Part shown: piece by piece, positions 9,732 to 20,052 of the stretch | Position numbering within the stretch: the stretch's first letter is position 1 | Layout: each line of letters opens with the position of its first letter | Assembly: GCA_009781725.1 (NCBI GenBank) | Contig: WQVF01000005.1 | Span: 4,845 to 68,844, forward strand | Length of the DNA: 64,000 nucleotides | Origin: Defluviitaleaceae bacterium | GTDB taxonomy: Bacteria > Bacillota > Clostridia > Lachnospirales > WQUN01 | Direction of reading: 5' to 3' | The notes under the pieces: model-generated | Seen by the model: the letters and a program-made list of their open reading frames with translations, nothing else | What the model was told of the DNA's origin: nothing | Databases searched by the model: none | Translations under genes and position numbers: made by a program

Positions 9732-9769
9732 CGGCTTCCGCCAAAATGACAAAACTAGAGATGTAACGG
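9732..9769. repeat. CGGCTT-N4-CCAAAATGACAAAAC box, one of four copies in the window
   Basis: The core ccaaaatgacaaaac is at 9741-9755. The same core occurs at 52738-52752 and 54482-54496, and with one mismatch at 53631-53645. Each copy is preceded by cggctt and lies 5' of a minus-strand start codon. Confidence 0.6.
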
Positions 9770-9771
9770 TT

Positions 9772-10398
9772 TTATTGCTCGATTAAAATCGCCCGTACCG
9801 GGGAGCCGTCGCCGCCCGGATACTTCAGTGGCAACGCCGACAGGATGTATTCCCCATCGGGGACGCCATCCAGCACCAAGCCTTCCAATGCAGCGATACC
9901 ACTTCCTAACAAAAGTTTATGAGCGGGAAAACCTTCAGCACCATATGGGTCTAGGGATAAATAATCTATGCCTATGGTTTTGATTTTCTTGGAGACGAGA
10001 TATTCTGCGGCTTCCGGCGTAAGGGCGATAAAGTCTTCTTTAAAATCACCGCAACTCATATACTTGGATTGCCCTGTGTTAAACAGAATTATATCCCCTG
10101 CTTGGATATCCAGGCCCTCAATGTCAGCTTTAGTGATATGGCTAGTAACCGGGAGGGTCACAACCTTACACGGCCCATAAAAATGGTCTAGTGGAGTCGT
10201 AATACAGTCGGCTCCATCGGCAATAAAATGAAAAGGGGTGTCCGCATGGGTGCCGGTGTGAGAGGAAAATGACATTTTAGAGATATTATAGGCCTCACCG
10301 TCGGCCATTCGGGCCGGGTGGGTAATTACAGGGCGTAATCCGCCGCCGTATGGGGGTAGGTTATTGGAAATTGATGCTGTTATGTCATGGATTTTCAT
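9772..10398 (-). CDS. Cyclase-family protein (kynurenine formamidase-like, PF04199-type)
   Basis: The HTGTHADTPFHF motif (HxGTHxDxPxH) is present. I placed the start at MKIHD (10398) because GAGGAGG lies 8 nt upstream. The track ORF extends to 10437. Confidence 0.8.
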   Translation of the reverse strand: MKIHDITASISNNLPPYGGGLRPVITHPARMADGEAYNISKMSFSSHTGTHADTPFHFIADGADCITTPLDHFYGPCKVVTLPVTSHITKADIEGLDIQAGDIILFNTGQSKYMSCGDFKEDFIALTPEAAEYLVSKKIKTIGIDYLSLDPYGAEGFPAHKLLLGSGIAALEGLVLDGVPDGEYILSALPLKYPGGDGSPVRAILIEQ

Positions 10399-10482
10399 TT
10401 TGGGCCTCCTCATTTTTTCCATTAAAGGTACTATCAAAATGTGTGTTTTTAGGTGTAAAATGTCTAAGATTTTTCCAAGTTT

Positions 10483-11043
10483 TTAAAGCAAGTCCTTTAA
10501 CACCTTAACATAAAGCCGGTGTTCTACCTCATGCACCCGGGCCTCTAAACTCTCCAAAGTATCCTCAGGTAGGATATCTATCATTTCTTGCACAACAATC
10601 GGCCCGGTATCTACCCCGGAATCTATATAATGGATAGTCACTCCCGTTTGCTTGACATCTGCGCTAAATGCCTTTTCTATGGCGTCTAAGCCGGGGAAGT
10701 CAGGTAACATTGAGGGGTGAATGTTTATTATACGGCCTTCGAAGGTGTCTAGTAGGGTTTTACCTACTATACGCATATATCCCGCAAGTACAATAAACTC
10801 AACACCGGCATCTTCCAGTGCGGATAATATCCGACTTTCGTGGGCGGCACGGTTTGGATAGTCCTTTGAATCGCATACGAAAATTGGTACGCTCAGCCTG
10901 CCAGCTCGGGAGGTTACCTTAGCTTCGGGCTTGTCGCACACCAGCAGAGATATATTTGCATTAATCTCGCCGCTTTTTACGGCTTTGGCAATGGCTTCAA
11001 AATTGGAGCCATTGCCAGATGCAAAAATCGCGATATTTTTCAC
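10483..11043 (-). CDS. purN: Phosphoribosylglycinamide formyltransferase
   Basis: 186 aa. IAIFASGNGSNFEAI, NIHPSMLP and a catalytic-Asp context. GTG start in a GTGA overlap with the upstream HD gene. Confidence 0.9.
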   Translation of the reverse strand: MKNIAIFASGNGSNFEAIAKAVKSGEINANISLLVCDKPEAKVTSRAGRLSVPIFVCDSKDYPNRAAHESRILSALEDAGVEFIVLAGYMRIVGKTLLDTFEGRIINIHPSMLPDFPGLDAIEKAFSADVKQTGVTIHYIDSGVDTGPIVVQEMIDILPEDTLESLEARVHEVEHRLYVKVLKDLL

Positions 11044-11630
11044 GGGATAATATATCCTTTCTCGCAGCTATCTTTGATTATATATTCTACATATTCCCAT
11101 ACAATAGGCATAGCTGTCTTTATCGGAGCCATACGTTTGTATACCTTATCCGCAGTTGCGTCCCATTTTGTCCAAGCATGGCCTTCTGTCTGGTAATTAT
11201 TGAGATGGGGTTGAAGGCGGTCTACTGCCGCGGCATATTTGGCGTCGTTGGTATTCATTTCTTCGAATTCATCCCATAGGGCCCGATACTCGTCAGCCAA
11301 TGGCTTTGGCAACAGAGAAAACAGCTTATCTGCGGCTTCTTTTTCCTGCGTAAGTTTATCCTCAGGTACCCAATCGGAATATGCCGGGGTATCCCCAGCG
11401 TATAGTTCCACCAGGTCGTGGATTAAAGCCATTTTGATTACCCTATCCAGGTCTACATCAGGGAGTACGCAGTACTCGAATAGAGTCATTGCCATCAAGG
11501 CAAAATGCCAGGAGTGCTCTGCCGAGGTTTCTTCCCGATGTTTATCGGTGATTAGTGTTTGGCGGTAGACGGTCTTGAGCTTGTCGGCCTCGGATAGGAA
11601 CTTAAGCTGGTTGGTGAGTTTTTGAGTCAT
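11040..11630 (-). CDS. HD-domain phosphohydrolase (YfbR-like 5'-nucleotidase family)
   Basis: [12 protein letters not shown]...[14 protein letters not shown] (H...HD...D metal ligands). 4-nt overlaps with purM upstream and purN downstream. Confidence 0.8.
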   Translation of the reverse strand: MTQKLTNQLKFLSEADKLKTVYRQTLITDKHREETSAEHSWHFALMAMTLFEYCVLPDVDLDRVIKMALIHDLVELYAGDTPAYSDWVPEDKLTQEKEAADKLFSLLPKPLADEYRALWDEFEEMNTNDAKYAAAVDRLQPHLNNYQTEGHAWTKWDATADKVYKRMAPIKTAMPIVWEYVEYIIKDSCEKGYIIP

Positions 11631-12625
11631 AATGAAACTCCTTCTCCTGGGACTACTTTGCCGATGACTGTGGCACTTGCCTTAATTGCGTCTTCCGGGG
11701 ACACAACCGCCACCATGCCTATTCCCATATTGAATAGGTTGTACATCTCCATCTCATCAATGCCACCTTGTTCTTGTAGAAATGGGAAAATCGCCGGGAT
11801 ATCCCAGGTACCGCGGTTGATTACAGCCCCACGCCCCACCGGGAGCATCCTTGGGATATTCTCAATAAACCCGCCCCCTGTTATATGTGCCATGCCTTTA
11901 ACTGTGACAGTATCCATCAGAGCTTGCACTTCTTTAGCATAGATTTTTGTGGGAGTCATAAGGATTTCGCCCAGGGGTTTGTCAAAACCTGGGTAGGTTT
12001 TTTTTAAGCTTAAATTATTGTCGGCGATGATTTTTCTAATCAAAGAAAATCCATTGCTATGCACACCGCTGGAGGGCAAGCCGATTAGTACGTCTCCGGC
12101 TTGGACATTCTCACCGGTGATTAGCTTGGACTTATCCGCGATACCAACGCTAAAGCCCACTAGGTCATACTCACCGGGCTTGTACACACCGGGCATTTCC
12201 GCCATTTCGCCGCCGATTAGGGCCGAGCCTGACTGGACGCAGCCTTCACACACACCGGCAACAATAGCCTCGGCCTGAGCCGGATCCAGCTTGCCGCAGC
12301 CTATATAATCCAAGAAAAACAGGGGCTTCGCGCCTACGACTATTACATCATTGACACACATTGCCACGGCATCTATGCCGATTGTGTCGTGTTTATCCAT
12401 GGCAAAGGCCAGCATTACCTTGGTGCCGACACTGTCTGTACCGCTTACGGTCACGGGTTCTTTCATCCCAGCCATGTAGGATGTCAACTCGAAAAGACCA
12501 CCAAAACCACCCAATCCCCCCAGTACTCCGGGGATTTTGGTTTTATCCACATGCTTTTTTATACGGGAAACGGCTTCGTAGCCTGCTTCTATATTGACTC
12601 CGGCTTGCTTGTATTGATTAGACAT
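11627..12625 (-). CDS. purM: Phosphoribosylformylglycinamidine cyclo-ligase (AIR synthetase)
   Basis: 332 aa. [11 protein letters not shown] and DGVGTK-like SGTDSVGTK, colinear with PurM. Confidence 0.95.
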   Translation of the reverse strand: MSNQYKQAGVNIEAGYEAVSRIKKHVDKTKIPGVLGGLGGFGGLFELTSYMAGMKEPVTVSGTDSVGTKVMLAFAMDKHDTIGIDAVAMCVNDVIVVGAKPLFFLDYIGCGKLDPAQAEAIVAGVCEGCVQSGSALIGGEMAEMPGVYKPGEYDLVGFSVGIADKSKLITGENVQAGDVLIGLPSSGVHSNGFSLIRKIIADNNLSLKKTYPGFDKPLGEILMTPTKIYAKEVQALMDTVTVKGMAHITGGGFIENIPRMLPVGRGAVINRGTWDIPAIFPFLQEQGGIDEMEMYNLFNMGIGMVAVVSPEDAIKASATVIGKVVPGEGVSL

Positions 12626-12656
12626 GTTCTTCTCCTTTGATACAAAATGAGCGGCT

Positions 12657-14036
12657 TTACCAGAAATGACAAAAGCTGTTGCCTGCCGGGTAGTCCCCGG
12701 TAAAGCAGGCCATACATAGGCCAGGCAGCCCTACAGCCCGATTTAGACCTTCTTCGCTTATATATGAAAGGGAATCCGCGCCGATAATATTGCAGATTTC
12801 TTCGGTGGTTTTGCTATGGGCTATCAACTCCTTGGTTGTGTGCAGGTCTACGCCGTAACAGCAAGCGTGGGTCAGACGAGGGGATGCTACTTTCATATGG
12901 ACTTCCTTGGCTCCTGCCTCTTTTAACAAGGTAACAATGCGTTTGCTGGTAGTGCCCCGGACTATTGAATCATCTACAAGCACCACAGATTTATCTTGGA
13001 CGATAGACCGGACGGCAGAGAGCTTCATTTTTACGCCCTGCTCCCTTAGTTCCTGGGAGGGAGTGATAAATGTACGGACGGCGTAGCGGTTTTTTATTAG
13101 ACCAATTTCATAGGGGATATTCATGGCTTCCGCATAGCCTATTGCCGCAGAAATCCCAGAATCAGGGACAGGTACAACCACATCCGCCTTGGTAGGAGAT
13201 TCCACGGCAAGGATTCGCCCCACATTTTTCCGTGAAGAATGGACATTTACCCCATCAATATCAGAGTCTGGTCTTGCAAAATATACAAACTCCATTGCGC
13301 AGGCTGCAAAGCTGGTTTTATCAGCATAAAACTCCGATTGGAGCCCATCATCATCGATAATAACAATCTCCCCAGGGGCAACATCCCGGACATATCTTGC
13401 CCCCAATGTGTCAAAAGCACAAGTTTCTGATGCCACCATGTATACATCCCCCAACAAGCCTATTACCAGGGGCCTGATGCCCATGGGGTCACGGGCGGCT
13501 ATCATTTTTTTCTGAGTCAGGATTAGGAATGTAAAGCTGCCCTTTATCTGGCGAAGTGCTGCCTTTAATTTCTCCAGCAACTTTTTTTCCTTGCTTTTTC
13601 TAATTAGGTGGGCAAGGGTTTCTGCGTCTGAGCTGGTTTGGAAGATACTTCCGTCTTCTTCCAGATCATGGCGTAGTTTTTCCGAGTTTATCAAGCTACC
13701 ATTATGACAGATTGCCATACTACTGTTTTCGAAATGAAAAAGCCTAGGCTGATAGCCGTCCTGGCTGTGTACCCCGGATAGGGCATAACGTACATGACCG
13801 GCGGCGGCAGTGCCTGTGAGCTTATCTAAGACTTCTTTGGGGAAGGCATCAGCAGCAAGGCCTGGGCCACGATGACGAATAAGGGTACCGTTATTTTTTA
13901 CCACCATTCCCGCTCCGTCTTGGCCCCTGTGTTGTAGAGCATGAAGACCATAATAGGCCATTTGCGCCGCCTCCGAGTGGCCCCATACCCCAAAAAGCCC
14001 GCAGGCTTCGTTGATGCCTCTTATTTCTGAAGGCAT
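12657..14036 (-). CDS. purF: Amidophosphoribosyltransferase
   Basis: 459 aa. N-terminal CGLFGVWG (Ntn Cys), the PRTase motif [13 protein letters not shown], and C-terminal Cys ligands. Confidence 0.95.
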   Translation of the reverse strand: MPSEIRGINEACGLFGVWGHSEAAQMAYYGLHALQHRGQDGAGMVVKNNGTLIRHRGPGLAADAFPKEVLDKLTGTAAAGHVRYALSGVHSQDGYQPRLFHFENSSMAICHNGSLINSEKLRHDLEEDGSIFQTSSDAETLAHLIRKSKEKKLLEKLKAALRQIKGSFTFLILTQKKMIAARDPMGIRPLVIGLLGDVYMVASETCAFDTLGARYVRDVAPGEIVIIDDDGLQSEFYADKTSFAACAMEFVYFARPDSDIDGVNVHSSRKNVGRILAVESPTKADVVVPVPDSGISAAIGYAEAMNIPYEIGLIKNRYAVRTFITPSQELREQGVKMKLSAVRSIVQDKSVVLVDDSIVRGTTSKRIVTLLKEAGAKEVHMKVASPRLTHACCYGVDLHTTKELIAHSKTTEEICNIIGADSLSYISEEGLNRAVGLPGLCMACFTGDYPAGNSFCHFW

Positions 14037-16285
14037 TTTTCCAAGGCCCCTCTCCAGATTTCCGTTAATTTTGAGACAGGGATGTTGATTTTATCGTCGA
14101 TTTTTAGTTGGCCATCGGATGTGGTATGGCCGATTAATGTAGCACTGGCCCCAGCCAGATTCAAAAAGGCGGCTTGATTGGCTGGGGAACAGCTTACAAT
14201 AAACCGGGACTGACTTTCCCCAAACAAAAACCCGATAGCGTCCAAATCCGGTATATTCACTGTCGCGCCCAATCCTTGGGAGTCCATAAGGCATTCCGCA
14301 AGGCAAACTGCAATACCACCCTCGGAGACATCGTGGGCTGAGGTTACAAGCCCCTGCCGTATAGCGGTAAGGACAATATCCTGGCTACGCTTTTCTTCCG
14401 CCAAGTCAATGGCAGGCACCGGGCCGAAGATTGCCCCGTCGTTAATCATCTTTTGCAGCTCGCTGCCACCAAACTCATGGCGGTGATACGAGCCTATCAA
14501 ATATATAGCCTCCCCAGGATTTTTAAACTCCTGGGTCGTGATATAAGAAAGGTCCTCAATTAGCCCTACCATACCGATTGTAGGTGTTGGGTAAATTGCC
14601 ATAGCACCTCGCTCGTTGTACAGGGATACATTGCCCCCTATAACCGGGGTATCGAAGGCGACACATGCCTCGGAAATGCCCGTGGCAGATTGCTCCAACT
14701 GCCAAAATATTTCCGGATTTTCCGGAGAGCCGAAATTAAGATTATCGGTTACTGCAAGGGGGGTTGCCCCAGAGGCCACAATATTGCGAGCGGCTTCGGC
14801 CACGGCGATTTTCCCGCCTTGATATGGGTCAAGATATACATAACGGCTATTGCAATCCACGGTCATTGCCAGTGCCTTGTCTGTGCCGGGTACCCGGACT
14901 ATGCCGGCATCTGAGCCGGGAGGTACGAGGGTATCCTCGGTCTTATCAAACTGAGAATATACCCAGTGCTTACTTGCAATGGTGGGTTGTTCAAGGAGCC
15001 GCATAAGGGTTATTGTGTATGCGGCTATGTCTTTTGAGCCGAAGTCGGGGCATCCGGGTTCTTTGCACCAGGGACAGTGGAGGTCTTCTATTTTTATTGT
15101 TGCGTCTTTGGATTTAAGTTCCTTATAATATGCCGCTTCTCGTGAAGGCTTTTGATATTCCGGGGCTTCTTGAGCCAAAGCGTCGGCGGGGACATCGGCT
15201 GCGATTTTTCCTTTAAATAGGAGGCGAACTTGCTTATCATCGGTTACTTTGCCTATGGCTACAGCGTTTACGCCGTGTTTTGCAAATACATCTATGACCT
15301 CTTGCTGGGCACTATGTTTTATCACCAGTAGCATTCTTTCCTGAGATTCACTGAGCATCATCTCGTATGGAGTCATACCCGCTTCTCTTGTTGGCACCTT
15401 ATCCAGGTCAAGTTCAACACCCATTCCGCCTTTGGAGGCCATTTCTGATGAGGATGAAATCAAGCCGGCGGCACCCATGTCTTGGATGCCTACAAGGGCT
15501 GGGTTGTTCATGAGCTCCAGACAGGCCTCCATCAGCTTTTTTTGCATATGTGGGTCACCGTGGGGGATTATGGGCTTTTCATTTTCAGATTGCTCCTCGG
15601 CAAGTTCCTTGCTGGCAAAGCTTGCACCTTGTACCCCATCCCGGCCCGTTGCATGGCCTGCGTAGATTATAGTGTTGCCAACCCCAGCGACTATCCCTTT
15701 TTTGATGCCGTCATGACGGACAATACCGACACACATGGCGTTGACCAAAGGATTGGAAGCGTAGCAAGGGTCAAACTGAATTTCCCCGGCGGCGGTGGGT
15801 ATGCCCATACCATTGCCATAGTCGGCCATCCCAGCCACGGCTTCCTTGAGAAGGAAGCAAGTCCGCTCATTATCAAGCTCCCCAAATCGCAGAGAGTTTA
15901 CCACCGCAATAGGCCGCGCGCCCATGGAGAATACATCCCTGATAATCCCCCCTACCCCGGTAGCCGCCCCGTCAAAGGGCATGAGTGCGGACGGATGGTT
16001 ATGGGATTCCAGTTTGAAAACAGCTGCAAGCCCGTCGCCGATATCCACGACTCCGGCACCTTCGCCAGGGCCTTGTAGGACCCGAGAGCCTTTTGTGGGG
16101 AACTTTCGCAACACGAGTTTAGAATTTTTATAGGAACAATGCTCGGACCACATGACCGAGAATAGGCCCAGCTCGGTATAGTTGGGTAGTCGGCCCAGGA
16201 TTTCTTTGACCCGGGTATATTCCTGGTCAGTCATACCCATTTGGGTGTAGATGCGGGATTCCTTAATTTGATTTGGGGTTATCAT
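14021..16285 (-). CDS. purL: Phosphoribosylformylglycinamidine synthase subunit PurL (FGAM synthase II)
   Basis: 754 aa, with duplicated AIRS-like domains ([15 protein letters not shown]). No purQ or purS is adjacent. Overlaps purF by 16 nt. Confidence 0.93.
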   Translation of the reverse strand: MITPNQIKESRIYTQMGMTDQEYTRVKEILGRLPNYTELGLFSVMWSEHCSYKNSKLVLRKFPTKGSRVLQGPGEGAGVVDIGDGLAAVFKLESHNHPSALMPFDGAATGVGGIIRDVFSMGARPIAVVNSLRFGELDNERTCFLLKEAVAGMADYGNGMGIPTAAGEIQFDPCYASNPLVNAMCVGIVRHDGIKKGIVAGVGNTIIYAGHATGRDGVQGASFASKELAEEQSENEKPIIPHGDPHMQKKLMEACLELMNNPALVGIQDMGAAGLISSSSEMASKGGMGVELDLDKVPTREAGMTPYEMMLSESQERMLLVIKHSAQQEVIDVFAKHGVNAVAIGKVTDDKQVRLLFKGKIAADVPADALAQEAPEYQKPSREAAYYKELKSKDATIKIEDLHCPWCKEPGCPDFGSKDIAAYTITLMRLLEQPTIASKHWVYSQFDKTEDTLVPPGSDAGIVRVPGTDKALAMTVDCNSRYVYLDPYQGGKIAVAEAARNIVASGATPLAVTDNLNFGSPENPEIFWQLEQSATGISEACVAFDTPVIGGNVSLYNERGAMAIYPTPTIGMVGLIEDLSYITTQEFKNPGEAIYLIGSYHRHEFGGSELQKMINDGAIFGPVPAIDLAEEKRSQDIVLTAIRQGLVTSAHDVSEGGIAVCLAECLMDSQGLGATVNIPDLDAIGFLFGESQSRFIVSCSPANQAAFLNLAGASATLIGHTTSDGQLKIDDKINIPVSKLTEIWRGALEKCLQK

Positions 16286-16298
16286 AGATTTGCCTCCG

Positions 16299-16730
16299 TT
16301 AATCGATATCTAATATTTCAAAAACCGAATTGGTGGTATAGTCGCCTAAGACTTTCTCGGTTATACGTTCAATAACTTGAGCCTTGGTTGCCCATAAATA
16401 CTCGGTATGTTCGTCGGAAAGATTTACCTCAACAGAATCTGTTGAGCAAAGATACATCAGTCCAATTCCTTGTTTATGGGGATGAAGAATTGATGCGGCA
16501 TACAACAGCCTGTCTGTACTAACAGCAAGACCGGTCTCTTCTTTTACCTCACGATGAAGGCATTCTAGAGGCGTCTCACCAAAAATCAGACCCCCACCGG
16601 GGATATCCCATTCGCCCTTGCCGCTATTGCAATAATCTGACCGCTTGATAATTAGCATCTTTTTATTGAAGATAATGAACGCCTTTGTGAAAACACCTAT
16701 CTCACCCATATCGCACTCCTCTATTTTCAT
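16299..16730 (-). CDS. NUDIX hydrolase
   Basis: Nudix box [28 protein letters not shown] overlap with the upstream gene. Confidence 0.85.
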   Translation of the reverse strand: MKIEECDMGEIGVFTKAFIIFNKKMLIIKRSDYCNSGKGEWDIPGGGLIFGETPLECLHREVKEETGLAVSTDRLLYAASILHPHKQGIGLMYLCSTDSVEVNLSDEHTEYLWATKAQVIERITEKVLGDYTTNSVFEILDID

Positions 16731-17188
16731 AGTATCCGCAACAAAACATGTAATAGTATAAATCCAAACATAACTATAAATATCAAACCGTTAACGATAG
16801 CTGCAATTACAACACTAACTTTAACGCATATCGAAGTAACACCCTTTATATTCGCTTTTGACGCCAGCCATATTCCGATTATGCCCACGACTGGGCCTAG
16901 GACAATGAGTAATAGCTCAAGGCGAGTACTGCTTCTCCAGTTTACTCGATTGTGAAATAGCCATATAAATCTCACTGCAATAAACCATGATATAAAGCCA
17001 CACACCAATGACTTTACCATAAGGTCAGGTCTTGTAATCAATGTTTCGGTACAGGTTTCCTTTAATTTGGTTTTACTCCTTGGTGGTGAGGTTAAGCGTT
17101 CACCACAACTGCCACAGTAGCAATTTAGATAATCGGCAATATTTTCATGTTTGCATTTCGAACATTTAATAGTGCTCATAGCATACAC
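16727..17188 (-). CDS. Zinc-ribbon membrane protein of unknown function
   Basis: N-terminal CSKCKHEN...CGSCGERL, then about 4 hydrophobic helices. The start may be the second ATG at 17179 (MSTIK), which has better spacing from GGGGAG. Confidence 0.55.
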   Translation of the reverse strand: MYAMSTIKCSKCKHENIADYLNCYCGSCGERLTSPPRSKTKLKETCTETLITRPDLMVKSLVCGFISWFIAVRFIWLFHNRVNWRSSTRLELLLIVLGPVVGIIGIWLASKANIKGVTSICVKVSVVIAAIVNGLIFIVMFGFILLHVLLRIL

Positions 17189-17198
17189 TCCCCTATGC

Positions 17199-17864
17199 CT
17201 ACAAACCCTTTATTAGCTGATAAAGCCCTTTCAGGCCAACAAATGCCATGGATATTTCACCAGCCAACTCACCACAAAAAACCCTCTCCCCTATTGAGCA
17301 ATCTTTACTTATATAGAAATGCCTGTGGTTTAACAGGTTTTTTATTGCATCATCCGATATTTCCGGGAATCGGTCTTTAGAATACATATCACCGTGAATC
17401 CTTATTCCCATCTTTTTATTAGCAGTTAACTCGTAAGCGAATGACTGTTGGTTGGCAATAATTCCGTCTCGGATTCGTGCCATACCCGCCGCAGTTTGCT
17501 TATATATCCGCAGACCATATGAATACTGCTCTCTCCCCATATCGAAGTAAAGCCCGGGAATGTCACGTTCACGATGAGACTCCCGGAATCTAATATACAT
17601 ATATTCCTTCATCGGCTTATCCCGGGAAAAACGCATGTCGCTGTACATGGTGGATATGCATTTGGATGGCTTGGTTATCAGCGATTCGCTTACATCCGTT
17701 ACCCCAGGTATCAGCGCGTGGTAAAGCTGTGTAAGGGGTTCGGTAATGAGCTGCTTGTAGGTAGCCTTGTTTTCCTCTATGGCAGACATGGTATTATGGA
17801 ATTGAAGCCGAAATAAAAAATCAACAAATTCCCGAGGAAAACCACTAAAATGCTCTATCCCCAT
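17199..17864 (-). CDS. DUF2461 (TIGR02453) family protein
   Basis: FFxxLxxxN-like N-terminus (DFLFRLQFHNT) and the MYSDMRFSRDKPMKEYMYIRF motif typical of DUF2461. The start overlaps the purK 3' end by 10 nt. Confidence 0.7.
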   Translation of the reverse strand: MGIEHFSGFPREFVDFLFRLQFHNTMSAIEENKATYKQLITEPLTQLYHALIPGVTDVSESLITKPSKCISTMYSDMRFSRDKPMKEYMYIRFRESHRERDIPGLYFDMGREQYSYGLRIYKQTAAGMARIRDGIIANQQSFAYELTANKKMGIRIHGDMYSKDRFPEISDDAIKNLLNHRHFYISKDCSIGERVFCGELAGEISMAFVGLKGLYQLIKGL

Positions 17865-18976
17865 ATTTTCGTGGTATCTATGACCATAAGATTTTCATTT
17901 ATATCCCCAAGCACATTTACATGCCCCATTTTGCGATTATCCACCGCCTGGGCTTTTCCATAAAGATGAATCTTGCCCCTCTCAATCAGAGGCATATACG
18001 GTGCGAGGTTATGCATATTTTCCTTATCCATGTGATTGCCAAGGATATTTACCATCACTACCGGGGTATGGAGTGATGTATCGCCCAAAGGCAATCCGCA
18101 AACTGCCCGTACATGCTGTTCAAATTGGCTTGTGACACAAGCATCTATTGTGTAATGTCCAGAATTGTGGGGGCGAGGGGCCAATTCATTGATATATATC
18201 GTATCCCCTACCACGAACATTTCTATTGCAAGGACACCAATCGCATCCAGATTCTCGGCAATTTTCTTACCATGGGCAATAGCCTGGGCCTCTACTTCCT
18301 TGGAAATCCTGGCCGGGACAATGCACTTATGGCAGATATTATTAACATGGATATTTTCTGCCACCGGGAAAACAGTCGTCTCCCCTGCGGTACTTCTTGC
18401 CACAATAACCGAAACCTCCAAATCGAAATTCATAAACTCCTCAAGGATGCATTCACTTTCCTTTGCGAGTTCCAGACCACGAGGCAGGTCAGCAATGGAT
18501 TTAAGCACCACTTGACCTTTGCCGTCATAACCGCCGGTGGTTGTTTTGAGTACACTAGGGTAAAAAACACATTTCTCCAGAGTCTCGGCACAGTCAATCA
18601 AGGTGAATTTTGGCACCGGGATTCCCATTTCCGCAATAGCCGACTTTTCTTTAAAACGGTGTTTAGTTGTCCCCAGCACCTGGCTGCCTTGGGGCAGGTA
18701 CGCATTAGTTTCCAACCATGTAAGGGCATCATAATCGATATTCTCAAATTCATAAGTAATAACATCGCTAATCTCTGCCAACTGCTTGATTGCATCTAAA
18801 TCATTGTAGGCAGCGGTAATTTCAATATCTGCAACCTGGCCACAGGGGCTGTTTGGCGTCGGCTCAAGCACGGCCACATAGTAGCCCATGGCCTTGGCGG
18901 CAAGGCACATCATACGGCCAAGCTGCCCGCCGCCTATTATGCCTATGGTTTGGTAGGGGGTGATTGTTTTTGTCAT
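17855..18976 (-). CDS. purK: 5-(carboxyamino)imidazole ribonucleotide synthase (N5-CAIR synthetase)
   Basis: 373 aa. IGIIGGGQLGRMM and an ATP-grasp core. AGGAG RBS. Confidence 0.93.
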   Translation of the reverse strand: MTKTITPYQTIGIIGGGQLGRMMCLAAKAMGYYVAVLEPTPNSPCGQVADIEITAAYNDLDAIKQLAEISDVITYEFENIDYDALTWLETNAYLPQGSQVLGTTKHRFKEKSAIAEMGIPVPKFTLIDCAETLEKCVFYPSVLKTTTGGYDGKGQVVLKSIADLPRGLELAKESECILEEFMNFDLEVSVIVARSTAGETTVFPVAENIHVNNICHKCIVPARISKEVEAQAIAHGKKIAENLDAIGVLAIEMFVVGDTIYINELAPRPHNSGHYTIDACVTSQFEQHVRAVCGLPLGDTSLHTPVVMVNILGNHMDKENMHNLAPYMPLIERGKIHLYGKAQAVDNRKMGHVNVLGDINENLMVIDTTKIWG

Positions 18977-19098
18977 GTGTATTCTCCTTTACAGAACAAA
19001 ATGCGGGTCGTGCACTTTTGTTTCCGACACGCCGCCTAGAAATTGCGAAGCAATTTCCTATAGCGAACGCGCTTCGAAATCACGATTACGCGTCGGGC

Positions 19099-19137
19099 AA
19101 AATCAACCCAATACGCCTATTTAGGCGTTTTGGGTTG
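19099..19137 (-). terminator. Intra-operon terminator-like hairpin between purE and purK
   Basis: CAACCCAATACGCCT (19104-19118) pairs with AGGCGTTTTGGGTTG (19123-19137), 14 of 15 bp. On the coding (minus) strand it is followed by ATTTTG. It lies in an unusually long 258-nt purE-purK spacer. Confidence 0.45.
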
Positions 19138-19234
19138 CCCTCCTTCAATCGTGTTTCTCAGGTGCATTCGCCATAGCTTATAAAAAAACCAACGCCACAA
19201 ACCAAAAAATCCTGTTTGCGTAGTTGGCTTATCT

Positions 19235-19732
19235 TCAACTATTAATTTCCAAGTTCCTAATACTATCCCGTATAGCAGCCCGGCGAGCCTCCAGTTTTTT
19301 ATACAGCTCACTGTCAGCCGTTGTCAAAATTCTTGCTGCCATCAATCCTGCATTTGTTGCTCCCGCTACACCTATTGCCATTGTAGCCACAGGAACCCCA
19401 GCGGGCATTTGCACAATAGACAACAATGAATCCATCCCACTAAGGGCCTTGGACTGCACCGGTACTCCAATTACTGGCAAGCTGGTACAGGATGCCACCA
19501 TCCCCGGCAGATGTGCCGCCCCTCCTGCCCCGGCTATAATTACCTTGAGCCCACGCTCCGCAGCCGTAGCGGCATATTCCACCATGTACTCCGGGGTACG
19601 GTGGGCGGAAACCACCCTTTTTTCAAAGGGTACCTCCAATTCCTCCAATACCTTGCTTGCATGGTCCATTGTTTCTAAATCCGAAGTACTGCCCATGATT
19701 ATCCCGACTAATGGCTTCGTTAATCGACTCAT
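19235..19732 (-). CDS. purE: 5-(carboxyamino)imidazole ribonucleotide mutase
   Basis: [10 protein letters not shown]...AHRTP...AGGAAHLPG motifs. I placed the start at MSRL (19732) because GGAGGG lies 4 nt upstream. The track ORF starts at 19744. Confidence 0.93.
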   Translation of the reverse strand: MSRLTKPLVGIIMGSTSDLETMDHASKVLEELEVPFEKRVVSAHRTPEYMVEYAATAAERGLKVIIAGAGGAAHLPGMVASCTSLPVIGVPVQSKALSGMDSLLSIVQMPAGVPVATMAIGVAGATNAGLMAARILTTADSELYKKLEARRAAIRDSIRNLEINS

Positions 19733-20052
19733 TTGGCCCTCCAAAGAACTTGTTCACAACAGCTCTAAGGATAATCCCGCAGGAGAGGGTTGTCAATTAT
19801 TTACACGTTTCGTGGTATATCCTGATGATGCTGTCTCTAAAAATCAAAGTAAAGCCTAAGTTGATACATAACACTTTTGACACCCGTATGCTCATTCATC
19901 ATAGCAACAAAGATTTATATGGAAAATTAACCAGTGGTATGATATAACATCTCTACAGCAACTATATCCAACTGACCATCATACATTGATTTGATTGAAA
20001 TAATTGCATTATGGGAATAGTTAGTAGGCAATCATTAATGGGAGGTTGCATT

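Noticed and set aside
19733-20052. A purine (guanine/adenine) or ZTP riboswitch, or a PurR PurBox, in the ~320-nt leader upstream of purE.
   Set aside because: I read the minus strand and did not find the purine-riboswitch junction signatures (UAUAAU...GGAUAUGG...GUUUCUACC...CCGUAAAU) or the ZTP pseudoknot CCGCCUGGGC. Only a short CACG-aaa-CGTG palindrome is present. A covariance-model scan is needed before claiming any element.
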